DNA of 62,570 nt, the filler included, from Aduncisulcus paluster (lineage: Eukaryota), in the NCBI GenBank assembly GCA_024181965.1. It is 12 parts of 12 records of this genome, joined end to end, with 100 filler letters (N's around TTAATTAATTAA, not from the genome) between each part and the next. Parts side by side here need not be neighbours in the genome. Positions count along the whole stretch, not along the records: positions 42,277 to 49,228 come from BQXS01012403.1; positions 49,329 to 54,279 come from BQXS01012404.1; positions 54,380 to 62,570 come from BQXS01012406.1; 9 more parts are not named here. The stretch is one strand, 5' to 3'. Both the position numbers and the translations under genes were made by a program. Under the pieces are notes generated by a model, which did not search any database, was not told where the DNA came from, and saw only the letters and a program-made list of their open reading frames with translations. Below, piece after piece: positions 48,316 to 59,410 of this stretch. Each line of letters opens with the position of its first letter. The first letter of the stretch is position 1.

Positions 48316-48751
48316 TTATTGATCACATAGATAATTAAATCATAAATGATTCGATATTGTTCAGTATAGTATAGTATATTGACCCCTATTCAGGCTAAAT
48401 AAATTATCATTGCCAATGTATTCAGTGAATTATTCACAGTGGCACTGTGAATATGTGTTTCAATACTTTTAATTTTTGATAACAGAGTTCTGAAGTCAAT
48501 TAATCTTCGAATCACTAGAAAGTTTAATATTCTGATTTATTTATAGATACGCGCTCCGTTGCTCTCGCTCAGCAAAAATAGGACGTAACAGGTTCTCGCT
48601 AAATAACGAGATCAACTCGAAAACCAAATAAATACAATTTTTTAATCAAAATTCTCAATAAAGATATGTTTACTGATGCAGATTTTATTCCAAATAACAT
48701 TTCTATTAAGTAATCAAAGTCGGTTGATGATGTCTCTTTTTTTTGTTGCAT

Positions 48752-49228
48752 ATGGATTCAGTTTATCAGAACATCCGTCGTAAATACGACATTCCCGTTC
48801 CTCCAGCCCTTTCTGGTCTCGATTTCTCCTTTACTAAGGGAGGTGCTACCGTAAGTCGTCGTGATTGTGCTGATGTTGCCTCTGCTTTCCCTAAGACATA
48901 CGGTCAACCAGTTATTAAGGTTTCCAAATCTGATAAATCCCTTGAAAGTAAGCCATTCCGTATTGGTTGCTGTCTTTCTGGTGGTCCCGCTGCTGGTGGT
49001 CACAATGTCATCATCGGTCTTTATGATAAGCTTAAACAAATCCACAAGGAGTCATCTCTTGTCGGATTTACTGGTGGACCAGCCGGAATCCTTAACAAAG
49101 AATATGTTGAAGTTGATGATGCTCTGGCTTACAAATTCAGAAATATGGGAGGATTTGATATGCTTGGAAGTGGTAGAACTAAACTTGAAACAGAAGAACA
49201 CTTTGAAACCGTTTTCCAGACCGTTTCT
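48752..49228 (+). CDS. Pyrophosphate-dependent phosphofructokinase (long clade), N-terminal part
   Basis: RIGCCLSGGPAAGGHNVIIGLYD, GFTGGPAGIL, FRNMGGFDMLGSGRTKLET. Confidence 0.92.
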
Positions 49229-49546
49229 NNNNNNNNNNNNNNNNNNNNNNNNNNNNNNNNNNNNNNNNNNNNTTAATTAATTAANNNNNNNNNNNNNNNN
49301 NNNNNNNNNNNNNNNNNNNNNNNNNNNNAATTCTCAAGGGATTTCAAACACTACAAAGCGTTAGGAGGCAAACGAACTTGGTCGACATTATGTTCAGCGA
49401 CTGCATTGCGTGTCGTGAAGATTCTTTCTGGAGTGACACATTTTACGACTCGAAGTTATCGGCTGGCCGATTACGAAAACCGGCAGGATTAACGAAAACG
49501 GTCAAAACAATGTGAAAACCCCTTGTTTTATTTGCAAACTATAATA

Positions 49547-50752
49547 ATGTCATTTTCAGGAATTATTGATAACCTTGACGACGAAGAAGAATTGTTTGAT
49601 GGTGTTAGTGGACTAACATCTGATGATCTTAGTGAAGATGATGAAGATGAATTCAAGAATGTGAAATGTAGGGCCTTGAGGGACAGATTGGATTTTGATG
49701 AAGTTTTTAAACGTTCATTCGGCCTTTCAAAAGACCAGTGTAGATTGGTGTTCTCTTTTTTAATCCCATTACGTGACGGCCCACAAAGGGGTGCAAGACA
49801 GAAGTTCACAGATGAAGAACAAGTCCTCATCACACTTATTAAACTGAGAAGTGGTTGTGATAGCAGAGCTCTAGCCACAGCACTTAAAACGAGTGATACA
49901 ACGATAAGTCGAATTCTCGGCCTTACAATCTGTATTATCGAAGAAAAACTTGGGGAAGAATTCATTACTAGGCCCATCATAGAATCATTATCATCGGCCA
50001 GACATGTCCCCGAGGCAAAGTTGGTAGTTGACGGAACGATCCAAAAATGTTCCCCATTCGGATGCCGAACGTGGGACGAAAAAAAGAAATGGTATAGTCA
50101 CAAACACAATGCCTTTGGCATAAAGTCAGAAGTAATAACTGATGTGAAAGGCATCGCTAGATTTGTCTATGCTGGTTTTGTTGGGTCCATCCATGACAAA
50201 ACGATGTTTACAGAACATGCCGATATCCTGAGAGAGTATCTCCAGGGCAATGCCATTTTAGGGGATATGGCATATAGAGGAATCGATTTAGAACCTTATA
50301 GCGTGAAAGTTGTTATATCTGAACATAAAAGTGGACTCAGAGGGGCAGAGAGGCAAAGGCAGAAGGACATCTCAGCTGACCGAATGATCGTTGAACAATT
50401 TTTTGGACGATTGAAAAGATCATGGAGGATTTTGGTACGTCCATGGTTCTTATCTCCTGATATCTATCGATCAACAATGGTTGCATGCTGTGCTCTCACA
50501 AATCTCTTAATTTTAGGTAGTCCATTAAGAGATAATGAATGGGAATTTCATCGTGCCGCAGAAAAGAAATGGATCGAAGAAGAACAAGAAAAAATTGGAA
50601 AGAGACGCAGCTCTCAAGCAGCCCGAAGACGGAGAAGACAACAAGAAAGGACAGTTGAAACAGCTCAAGAGGTCTTACATCCCGATTTGTCCTTTCTTTC
50701 CACTTCTGTATCAGCTACCCAGAGAGGAACATCGAGTCAATCAGGTGAATAA
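49547..50752 (+). CDS. Intact HTH + DDE_Tnp_4 (HARBI1/ISL2EU-like) transposase, about 401 aa
   Basis: EEQVLITLIKLRSG..TSDTTISR (HTH), VVDGT, YSHKH..GIK, GSIHD, ILGDMAYRG, RMIVEQFFGRLKRSWRIL. Confidence 0.92.
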   Translation: MSFSGIIDNLDDEEELFDGVSGLTSDDLSEDDEDEFKNVKCRALRDRLDFDEVFKRSFGLSKDQCRLVFSFLIPLRDGPQRGARQKFTDEEQVLITLIKLRSGCDSRALATALKTSDTTISRILGLTICIIEEKLGEEFITRPIIESLSSARHVPEAKLVVDGTIQKCSPFGCRTWDEKKKWYSHKHNAFGIKSEVITDVKGIARFVYAGFVGSIHDKTMFTEHADILREYLQGNAILGDMAYRGIDLEPYSVKVVISEHKSGLRGAERQRQKDISADRMIVEQFFGRLKRSWRILVRPWFLSPDIYRSTMVACCALTNLLILGSPLRDNEWEFHRAAEKKWIEEEQEKIGKRRSSQAARRRRRQQERTVETAQEVLHPDLSFLSTSVSATQRGTSSQSGE

Positions 50753-50810
50753 ATAAAAATTGTTCTATCTCCTTAAGTAATTCGAAAAAAGCAAAAAAAC
50801 AACGATTTTT

Positions 50811-51041
50811 AGGCGATCCCTTAACGCTGTAGTATGGTTCGTACGGTTGGAGCAGTATGAGAATTCCGAGTGTCGGCTACAAACGACATCTCATAATCCA
50901 AGCCGTCAATCTGACCTTTGGGGTAGTGTCGTTTGCCCGGTACTAACGGTAGTTCTATACTCGAAATTGGCCGATGACGAGATTCGAACCCAGGATTTGC
51001 GGAATAAGAGGACACCAGTCTACCACCATACTACGGAGATC
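50811..51041 (-). mobile_element. tRNA-derived SINE-like insertion (231 bp)
   Basis: tRNA-like head at 51041-50969 with A box TAGTATGGTGG and B box GGTTCGAATC. Flanked by AACAACGATTTTT (50798-50810) and AACAACTATTTTT (51042-51054), 12/13 identical and TSD-like. Confidence 0.7.
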
Positions 51042-51524
51042 AACAACTATTTTTTTTATTTTTTTAATAAAATATGACTTTTTAATTTCGAATTCACCCT
51101 TTTCATAATAACATAGGGGTTTTCATATTGTTGTGGATCGTCTGCGTTAAACCCGAGGGTTTTCGTTAATCCCTGCCGTTTTCATATTTCACCGGGAGTC
51201 AAACGAAAACGGTCGTTATTTATGAATAAACAGGCCCGATTAACATAATAAATATCTTTCATTTATTAATACTGAGGTATTCGGCGACTGACCTATTATA
51301 TTTTTATAATCGGTTTTGTGATTTATGCTTCTTATGATGATTTGTTCACCCACACTGTTAATTAGTATTTTGTGATAGATTAAGATGAATATTTTATGAA
51401 TATGATGTGTTCTTAATGATGATTACTTATTTCTTTTATTTAAGTTGTCGTTGTACAGCTTTTAAGAGGAAAAGGGAAGTGTGTGGTGGAATGACTTGAT
51501 ATATTTTATAGAAAATATCGTATC

Positions 51525-51576
51525 GACCTCTGATGGCCGAGTGGTATAAGCGTCACCCTTTGACGCGTGAGACGAC
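51525..51576 (+). pseudogene. 5' half of a tRNA-like sequence (no T arm or B box)
   Basis: TGGCCGAGTGGT A box/D arm and a CTTTGAC anticodon-like loop; truncated. Confidence 0.4.
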
Positions 51577-51719
51577 AAAAATAGAAAAGTGCATCCGTTA
51601 ATGAGAAAGGAACGTGCGAGAAAAAAAAATAAAAGCTATTATGTATACATTGATTCGGATGATTTATTTAAGCATAAAAACCTCTTTTCTTCATCGGGCA
51701 AAATGAGAAAGCATGGTAC

Positions 51720-52110
51720 AATGTATATTAGACACTGGTGCGTCGAGTTCTCATTTCAAGGAGGTTAGTTCATTTATTAGGAATAAAAATCCAAGAGTCT
51801 ACAATTAACGAAGTGTTCCTTGCTGATGGGAGTCCCATACCCGTTTCACTCCGAACGACGAGTATCCAATTCCACGACAAGACATGCTTTTCTCCGCTTT
51901 AGAAGGTAAATCTATCTTCGCTGCTCTTGATCTCAAGAATGGGTATTTCAATATCGCGGTGGACAAGAAGTCAAGACATCAAACCGCATTTATCACGCCG
52001 TGGGGTTTTTTCGAATGGAACAGAATGCCATTCGGCCTTAAGTCAGCACCCGCTCATTTTCAGCGGTGCCTGAACGCGATCTTCAAGGGTATGATGCCTC
52101 TGAAGTGCTG
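51720..52110 (+). mobile_element. Decayed Ty3/gypsy pol fragment (protease remnant plus RT)
   Basis: ILDTGA at 51725-51742; ALDLKNGYFNI..TAFITPWGFFEWNRMPFGLKSAPAHFQR. Cut just before YxDD by the LTR at 52111. Confidence 0.9.
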
Positions 52111-52224
52111 TGTTAACCGTGATGCAATTTATTGAAATAAAAGATAGTGGTAGAATCTATAAATAGAACAAGGTGAGAAACATAATAAACGGTAATACCA
52201 TTATAATATCATAGGGATATAACA
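52111..52224 (-). repeat. 3' LTR (114 bp) of the minus-strand chromodomain gypsy element; PPT at 52225-52237
   Basis: TGTTA...TAACA ends. GGAGAGGGCAGGA polypurine tract directly abuts it on the minus strand. TATTTATA and AATAAA lie inside on the minus strand. Confidence 0.75.
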
Positions 52225-53296
52225 TCCTGCCCTCTCCATAACAAGGCCTCCCTTCCCATCATTAGTAAGGTACATATTGGTTAATGTCCATCTTTAACCG
52301 ATTTTTAACATTTTTTTATAATTTTATGTGGTTTTATAAATTTCGAAAAACTTAGATGAATTTTTGAAAATCCAAAAATAATTGGTCGTATATCTCGGCA
52401 AATGTCCATTTCGCTCATTTTAGTTCATAATAAAAATATTTATATATATATATAAATTTCTTTATATTTTACCTTTTAATCTTTTTGTTTCTATTAATTA
52501 AACCTATTTTTTTTTCCTTTTCAAGGGTAATCCCTGCCATCTCTTCAATTAAACAGCATATTTCTGATATCAAAGCTATATCTTTCATTTAAGTTACCAT
52601 TTCGGGCGTAGACTTCAAAAACGACCTCAAAATTTTTATAAACGCTCTCGATCGCTCCATTTTCCCATTTTCCTTCGGAAACTTCATTTTCATACATAAT
52701 AGTCCGTTTTAACTTTAATTATTCTTCATTTTTTTAATTTCTCATATCTAATTTTTACATATATTTTCCATAAAATCGTAAATTATAGCTCTATTTCAAA
52801 TCACTCCATTTCCTTTTCGTAAGTCTTTTTCTCATCGGGAATTCCATTAATTATCATCTAAAAACGCTATATCTCTCGAAATTTTCCTACAGATCTTTGT
52901 GTTTCTTATGATCTTCGTGATTTTCTATTTTATTTCTCTGCACCCTCTGTCAGTCATTTTTTCGATGAAATTCCCTGTTATATGTGTCGAATCTCCTGAT
53001 ATTGTGTCAAATTGTTTTGTTTTATCCCACTTGAATTATTAATTAAGCATTAAAAAGTAAATTTGAGATAATTCTTATAGGTATGCAATTTATATTAAAA
53101 TATTTTTCACTAATATATATATGTAATTATATTTTATATATTATTTTTCTTATTCCTATTAACCATAGGAAGATATTTACACTTTTAGTTATCTTGGAAT
53201 CACTCCACTAAATAGTTTTACTAAACAACAAAATCATTATGTTTCTTCTCATTAATTATATGGAAGAGCTTTCTTGCCTTCACATTTCGTTTCCCT

Positions 53297-54279
53297 TCAC
53301 TCAGGTTCTAGGTCAACAATTTCCCGTAATTCCTCGTGTTCTACGAGGTATTTTCCAAAAGCAATGGAGTCTTTGACATTCCATAAATATTCCCAAGTGC
53401 TTTCACTTGGATCGAATCCAAACCATTGCACAAAAAACTGCAGTTCATCTGGAGTATCACCCTTGTGGTCGGTGATACATTCAATCACCCATTCTCCTTC
53501 AGCCGTCGCCGCCATAGACCTAAGTTCTTGCATTGAGTGAGACCCTTTCACCGGAACTAACCGTCGTAAGTGTACTCGAAGAGTGGAATCATCAGTTAAT
53601 GAGCTAATGTTGGCCATGTTCCGCGGAAATACCTTCTTTATAATAAATGGCCCCCGTAATCTGGCTGAGAGTTTCTTCTTTTTGTTGGGGACGAGCCAAA
53701 CGGCATCTCCCTCCATCACCAGCTCCAGTTCTTCATTCTTTTTAAATTTTTCCTGTATCTTCCTCGCTTTTTCCACCAATTCATCCATCAATTCTTTTCT
53801 ATAATCTAAATAACGTCTGGCTAATTCCTTCGACTTTCTATTTCCTAATTTAAGGTCATGGGTTTGTTTTTCTCGGAGGATGTCAAATAAATTTGTTGTT
53901 TCCCGTCCAAACATCAATTCAAAGGGAGTTATCCCCAAAGCAGAGTGTTCTTGTGTGTTCATGAGAAATTGAACACTGGGGAGAGCATCAACCCATTCCA
54001 CCGATGGTAATCCGCCTGCAATCATTCCTCTTAAGAATTTAAGTAATTCTCGGTTTGATCTTTCGATGATTCCATTTGATTGTGGATTTCCAGCAACAAT
54101 TCTATGATGTTTCAGGTGTAGTGATTTCAATAAATGTTCCCAAATCGAATTCACAAATTGGGAACCATTGTCGCTTCGAATTACTTCTGGAATTCCGTAT
54201 TGCATGAAGAATTCGAATAGCACATCGGCAGCTTCTTTAGCTTTGGTTGTCTTAATTGGAGATAACAAAATAAACCGTG
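53297..54279 (-). CDS. Ty3/gypsy integrase with GPF module and C-terminal chromodomain (5' truncated)
   Basis: YGIPEVIRSDNGSQF, PQSNGIIERSNR, TPFELMFGR, LRGPFII, EWVIECITDH..FFVQWFGFDPSESTWE. Confidence 0.93.
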
Positions 54280-54379
54280 NNNNNNNNNNNNNNNNNNNNN
54301 NNNNNNNNNNNNNNNNNNNNNNNTTAATTAATTAANNNNNNNNNNNNNNNNNNNNNNNNNNNNNNNNNNNNNNNNNNNN

Positions 54380-55253
54380 GATTGATACAAGCAACTCTTT
54401 GATGGGTTGCAGTGAGTTTGGGGATCTTATTGTTTGTAATTACACTGATGGTATTGATATTATCTCCCTGAGTGATCCTTCTCTCCATGCGCACATCTCT
54501 TTCACCTTCTCCAAGATGACTCGTCCAGTTGTGTGTGGAGAATGTGTTCTTTTCTTCACTTTTAACTCCAGATCGATATATTTTGCTACTATATCTACTT
54601 TGTACAGTGCGTGTCAGCCCTCGCTCTTGTCTATCGCCCTTCCAGAGGTTGCTTATCCGTTCTACATTAGTATATGTCCCCGTGTTGGGAGTGTAGCGAT
54701 CTGTGAGTATGGCAGTCTTGGTCGTTTCATGCTCGTCTCTAATATTCCAACAAGACGGCACACATTACCATCATCTGTATCTGCCTCTGCTCCTCCAATA
54801 GATCCCTCTGCTGTCATAAGTGATGCTGAGGACATGACCGTGACTCTGAGTAGCTGTGGAAGAAGTACAGGGTGTCTATATCCAGTGCTCACCGATTCCA
54901 TTCTTAACCCATCGGTGTCGTCGCCTGATTCACATGGAGCTGCCCGCAGAACGAGTTCTGATATTTTACTATACAATGACATGTTGAATAAGTTATCTGT
55001 GTATGATGTTGTTCGAAGGGTATGCATCCGTGTTGAAGGGGCTTTCATTCCAAATTCTCCTCTCATGCTCCTCCCAAGGACCAGTCTCATCCTCTCCCAA
55101 TACTCGTCGGATCTGTATTGTATCACATCGGGGGAAACATTTACTGACGCTGTTCCTTTCGGTGTTCCTGCTGACTGTTGCTGTGTTGGAGGTGGGGTCT
55201 TTGCTTTTGCAGTGGAAGGTGATGACACCATAAGAATAATGTCAGTACGTTAG
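54380..55253 (+). CDS. Hypothetical beta-rich protein (5' truncated), paralog of 45771-47468
   Basis: Open frame from the gap; ends CCCVGGGVFAF vs CFWRVGGEVYLF in the paralog. Confidence 0.65.
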
Positions 55254-55682
55254 ATCTAGATAGATATGAATAGATCTGTTCAACTCGAAATATAGTTTTA
55301 GTTTCTCGCTTTTTTATCAGTTTCTCAAGATCCCAAAATGGGCATTATAAAAATAGAAAAGTAGTATTTTCAAAATGTTCATGATATTATCGACTTACAC
55401 AACAATCGAATCTCAAATTATTTATAACTTATAATTGTTGAACAATTCATGTTCTCACAAAATCGCACTATACTAAAATCAAATTTTTGATTATGTAAGA
55501 GATAATGGTCTTTTTATCAATTGTGAGATAGTATTGTTTTTGAGGTTCTTGAGTTTGAACTGAGATATTGGTTGAGTGCTAAAATTGGATATTAATTCTT
55601 ACTTTCCTAATAAACCAAATTATTTCCATCTTCGACTATCTATTTATCTATTGATTTGACAATTATACTGTGCTAAATTCTT

Positions 55683-57624
55683 CTATTCTTCATCTTCTTC
55701 TTTGCTCCTTTCTTCCGTTTCCTTCTCTCCTTCTTTTTCTTCCTCTTCTTCCTCTTCCTCTTCTTGCTCTTCTTCCTCTTCTTGCTCTTCTTCCTCTTCT
55801 TGCTCTTCTTCACTTTCTTTCGTTTCAGGCTTTGATATCTTCACTTTAACAATACTAACATCCAACTGACTTAACTGTTTCTGAGCATCCAAGAGATCTG
55901 TCCGAAGCTTCCACAAGACAGTGTATTCCGACCCAATTTCTCCAGATAACTCCCTCTCTGTTACTTTGGCCTGTAGGTTGATAGTGTTATAAATGCACTG
56001 TAAAAATGAATTCAACCTGGTTTTTAGCTCACCTCTAGCTTGTTCAAGGAATTTGGGAGTAAGCCAACCTGTTTTGGGATCATATTTATCTGATTGTTGT
56101 ACAGCAACTTCATTGAGGCATAAATCACACAGCTGTGCCACAGGTTGTCTGTGCAACTCAAGTACACGTGAAGAGGGATCGACACTGATACCCACAGCCG
56201 GAACGAAGCCTTCTTCAACCCTCATACGAACTAATTTCCCATCAACAAGAAGATTCTCACGCTGAGATACTGTGGCACGTGTCATTTCTACATTATGATC
56301 TTTCTTGACCTCTGCAATCACCCCGCTTTTAATGGCTGCATTCTTCCCTCTATCCGATTGAAGGAGTCTCGTGAGATCCATTCCAATCCCTGCCTTAACT
56401 CGAAAATCNNNNNNNNNNNNNNNNNNNNTCAAGTACACGTGAAGAGGGATCGACACTGATACCCACAGCCGGAACGAAGCCTTCTTCAACCCTCATACGA
56501 ACTAATTTCCCATCAACAAGAAGATTCTCACGCTGAGATACTGTGGCACGTGTCATTTCTACATTATGATCTTTCTTGAACTCTGCAATCACCCCGCTTT
56601 TAATGGCTGCATTCTTCCCTCTATCCGATTGAAGGAGTCTCGTGAGATCCATTCCAATCCCTGCCTTAACTCGAAAATCTACGGGCTGCCACTGATATGA
56701 CTCTGGATTCTTCCTTACTTCATACTCATGCCTTACCCAGCATGCTCTGAATGGACCGGTGCCAATGTAGAAGGAGAGATAAGGCAGAAGACGCTTGAGT
56801 TGGGTCAGATGGGCATCCATGTCACGCACAGCAAATGTAATGGCTCTCCTAGTCCACACTGGGCGCTTGGAGAAGAGAAAAGCGAGACGTTTGTATACAT
56901 CAATATCGTATCCTTTGAGATTCTTGGGATCTTTGGGTTTTCTGGGGGTCTTTTCTTCGCTGACAGATTCCTCAGATAATTCTTCAATGGCTTCACTTTC
57001 ATCAGCTCCTGAGGCTTTGAGTCTTTTCAAACGAATGGCCTTTTCTTTTTCTTTTTTCATCCTTTTGAGCCATGTAATTTTATCTCTAATTTCATATACA
57101 CCTCTGGGACAAAGAGACATATCAATGGCTGTTTTAATTGGTGCTAACGTAAAGGGAAGGAAATCAAGATCTCCTTGTACTGCATCACACTGCTTACCTG
57201 GAAGAGATAAAGGATTTCCCTGTGAAGACAAGAGAGAGGAAAAGGGAGAGAGAATTCTTGGATTAATAGGGTTAGCTGCAGATCGACTTGTATATTGGAA
57301 ATCAGTAAGACCAAATAGTAATGTGGTTGGAGCATATCCGACAACAGATATCGATTTTTCACCAGTTTTTTTGTTTCTTTTGATTTTCAATAATACACGT
57401 GAAGATGTTGCTTTCTTTGACATTACAGGCCGAGGACGAAGGGCTTTATGATTTGATAAAGCAGGTCGGAGCATAAGAGGTTGATTTCTATCAAAGCATC
57501 TGGCTATCTTCAAGGAACCACCCATAAGCATTAATGCTTTATCCATGTTCTTCACTTTGGCGGGAAACTCAACGCATACTAATTTTTTATGGATAAAAGT
57601 GAAGGAATGATAGTCTCTACTCAT
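55683..57624 (-). CDS. TFC1: RNA polymerase III transcription factor TFIIIC subunit tau95 (Tfc1/GTF3C5); split by an assembly duplication at the N20 gap
   Basis: LVCVEFPAKVKNMDKALMLMGG, DFQY, LFSKRPVWTR, LKRLLPYLSFYIGTGPFRACWVRHEYEVR, QPVDFR, and an acidic tail. 56157-56408 is repeated at 56429-56678. Confidence 0.88.
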
Positions 57625-57923
57625 TATTAGATCAAGAAAAGCATCGATTATCTGAATTGGATTGTTGGCTTATAATTTGGAATAATTAATAGATGTTTGA
57701 AATTAATGATGTATATTATTTTTTATTTTGTTGTTTATAACTTATATTAAACTAATTTGAATGGTAAACAGAAATCTCCTTCATTTATTCAAATTATGAA
57801 AATAAAAATGGCATTTTTTCGGATAGTTAAAGATAAACCTGATCCATTATTTGATGTAGTTGAACAAATTCATGTGAAATAAGAATTGACCATTTCTTCC
57901 TTGCATACATGCTTAATTAATAG

Positions 57924-59060
57924 ATGTCGGACGATGGAGATAAAGTATATGCATCATGGTATGCCATATGTGCCGCTGCGATATCATTGATAGTGTTTGC
58001 CTTCATATTATGGAATTTCACAGATCAGCTGAAAAAGAAAAAAGCATCAACATTAGATTTAGCTTTTTCGATACCTTATCTAATAGCAGAAATAGGAGAT
58101 GTTATAAAAAGTTTGTTTGTTGTTGATGTAAAATACTACCTTGTTTTTTCCAATCTCCCTCTATTTGCTTTGTGTTGTTTTTTTATATCATTGGTTTTTT
58201 ATTGGTTACAATGTTTCTATGGTGAAGCTTCGGTCCAACAAAGTCCCAATATTCGTGGAAAGTTTCGGCTTCCTTTTTTGATTATACTCGCTATGTTCAT
58301 AATATGTATGGGGATTTTGTTCCTCCTAACCATGTTAAATCCAGATTATTCAACATTATTTATTAAATTAGATTTCTTCCCCGTTTTAGTACTACTTTTA
58401 GCTTCTGTTATTGGTATTATTGTAATTTGGGGACATAACAAAGATGAAATATTTGCTCATTCAAGATTCTCGTCAACCCATATCTTTTGGACAGTTATTC
58501 TTCTGATGACAACCGTTGGAAGAGCTGTTATTGCGATCGCTGGTTTTATGGTGACGATGTCCATTTCTGACCCAACAGATATCACCATTCCGACAACTTT
58601 ATGGTATCTAGTTATCACAGAAGTCGGTATAGAACTCATCACCGTCCTCAGTGCCGTTATTGTTGATAGGCAGGTGACTGAGAGTGAATTTAGGCATGTT
58701 CGCGGGGCATTCTCTGGATTCTCAATGTTAACCAGTGAATCAGAGGACGGCAGTGTTAGTGGAGACAGAGATGAGGTTGGAGCTGTTGATGATTTATTAC
58801 TCCGTGGTGCTGCTGGCCATAACTTAGCTGTTGGCACTCTTGTCCAGGATAGTCTTGAGAACACAGAGGATGACTCGTCCCAAGAAGAGCAAATGGGAGG
58901 TAGTTCCCATGTTATCGAGCGATCTGCAGATAAAGATCGGACTTTGTACGCCTTCTCTTTCTCGCCGAAGGAATCTGGAGGGGTTAATATTGATAGTTTG
59001 CTGGAACAAGCTGGTTCTCGGAAAGGGGGGTACTATGGGACCGGATATAACAACATATAA
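57924..59060 (+). CDS. Seven-transmembrane protein (TOM1/THH1/GPR137-like topology)
   Basis: Seven hydrophobic segments, NLP...FISLVFYW in TM3, and an acidic cytoplasmic tail. Confidence 0.7.
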   Translation: MSDDGDKVYASWYAICAAAISLIVFAFILWNFTDQLKKKKASTLDLAFSIPYLIAEIGDVIKSLFVVDVKYYLVFSNLPLFALCCFFISLVFYWLQCFYGEASVQQSPNIRGKFRLPFLIILAMFIICMGILFLLTMLNPDYSTLFIKLDFFPVLVLLLASVIGIIVIWGHNKDEIFAHSRFSSTHIFWTVILLMTTVGRAVIAIAGFMVTMSISDPTDITIPTTLWYLVITEVGIELITVLSAVIVDRQVTESEFRHVRGAFSGFSMLTSESEDGSVSGDRDEVGAVDDLLLRGAAGHNLAVGTLVQDSLENTEDDSSQEEQMGGSSHVIERSADKDRTLYAFSFSPKESGGVNIDSLLEQAGSRKGGYYGTGYNNI

Positions 59061-59410
59061 CCAATATTTCATGATGAACAGCAGCTCCAATAACACTTAT
59101 ATTATTTTTCGCGACATTTGTTTATTTCAATTATCTTGTGATAAGATAGATATCTTATCTTAAGACTTGGAAAGATAAGAAAGTCTTGATCCATCCAAGA
59201 ATCATACAGAAATCATCTAATTCTGAATGTAGCAATCAAAGATTTTCAGTAAATAACAATTTTACCCCTTTTTTTTTTTTTTTTTTTTTTTCTCTGATTC
59301 TCCAACATAATCTCATTATTCAAGAAGAATTTAATATTTTTTTTAAAAGTATTTCCTAAGGGAATAAAAGAACAATGTCCTTCTTTGCAGAAAATATCAG
59401 TATTATCGGA

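Larger units (their letters stand above)
49461..51240 (+). mobile_element. PIF/Harbinger-ISL2EU-type (IS5-related) DNA transposon; exact termini uncertain
   Basis: Imperfect inverted arms: GAAAACCGGCAGGATTAACGAAAAC...ACAATGTGAAAACCCC (~49475-49522) vs the reverse complement of ~51117-51185. Interrupts a gag-like frame at ~49460. Confidence 0.65.

Noticed and set aside
50969..51041. Functional tRNA gene
   Set aside because: Acceptor and anticodon stems do not pair properly, and it is fused to a 160-nt body within TSD-like repeats.
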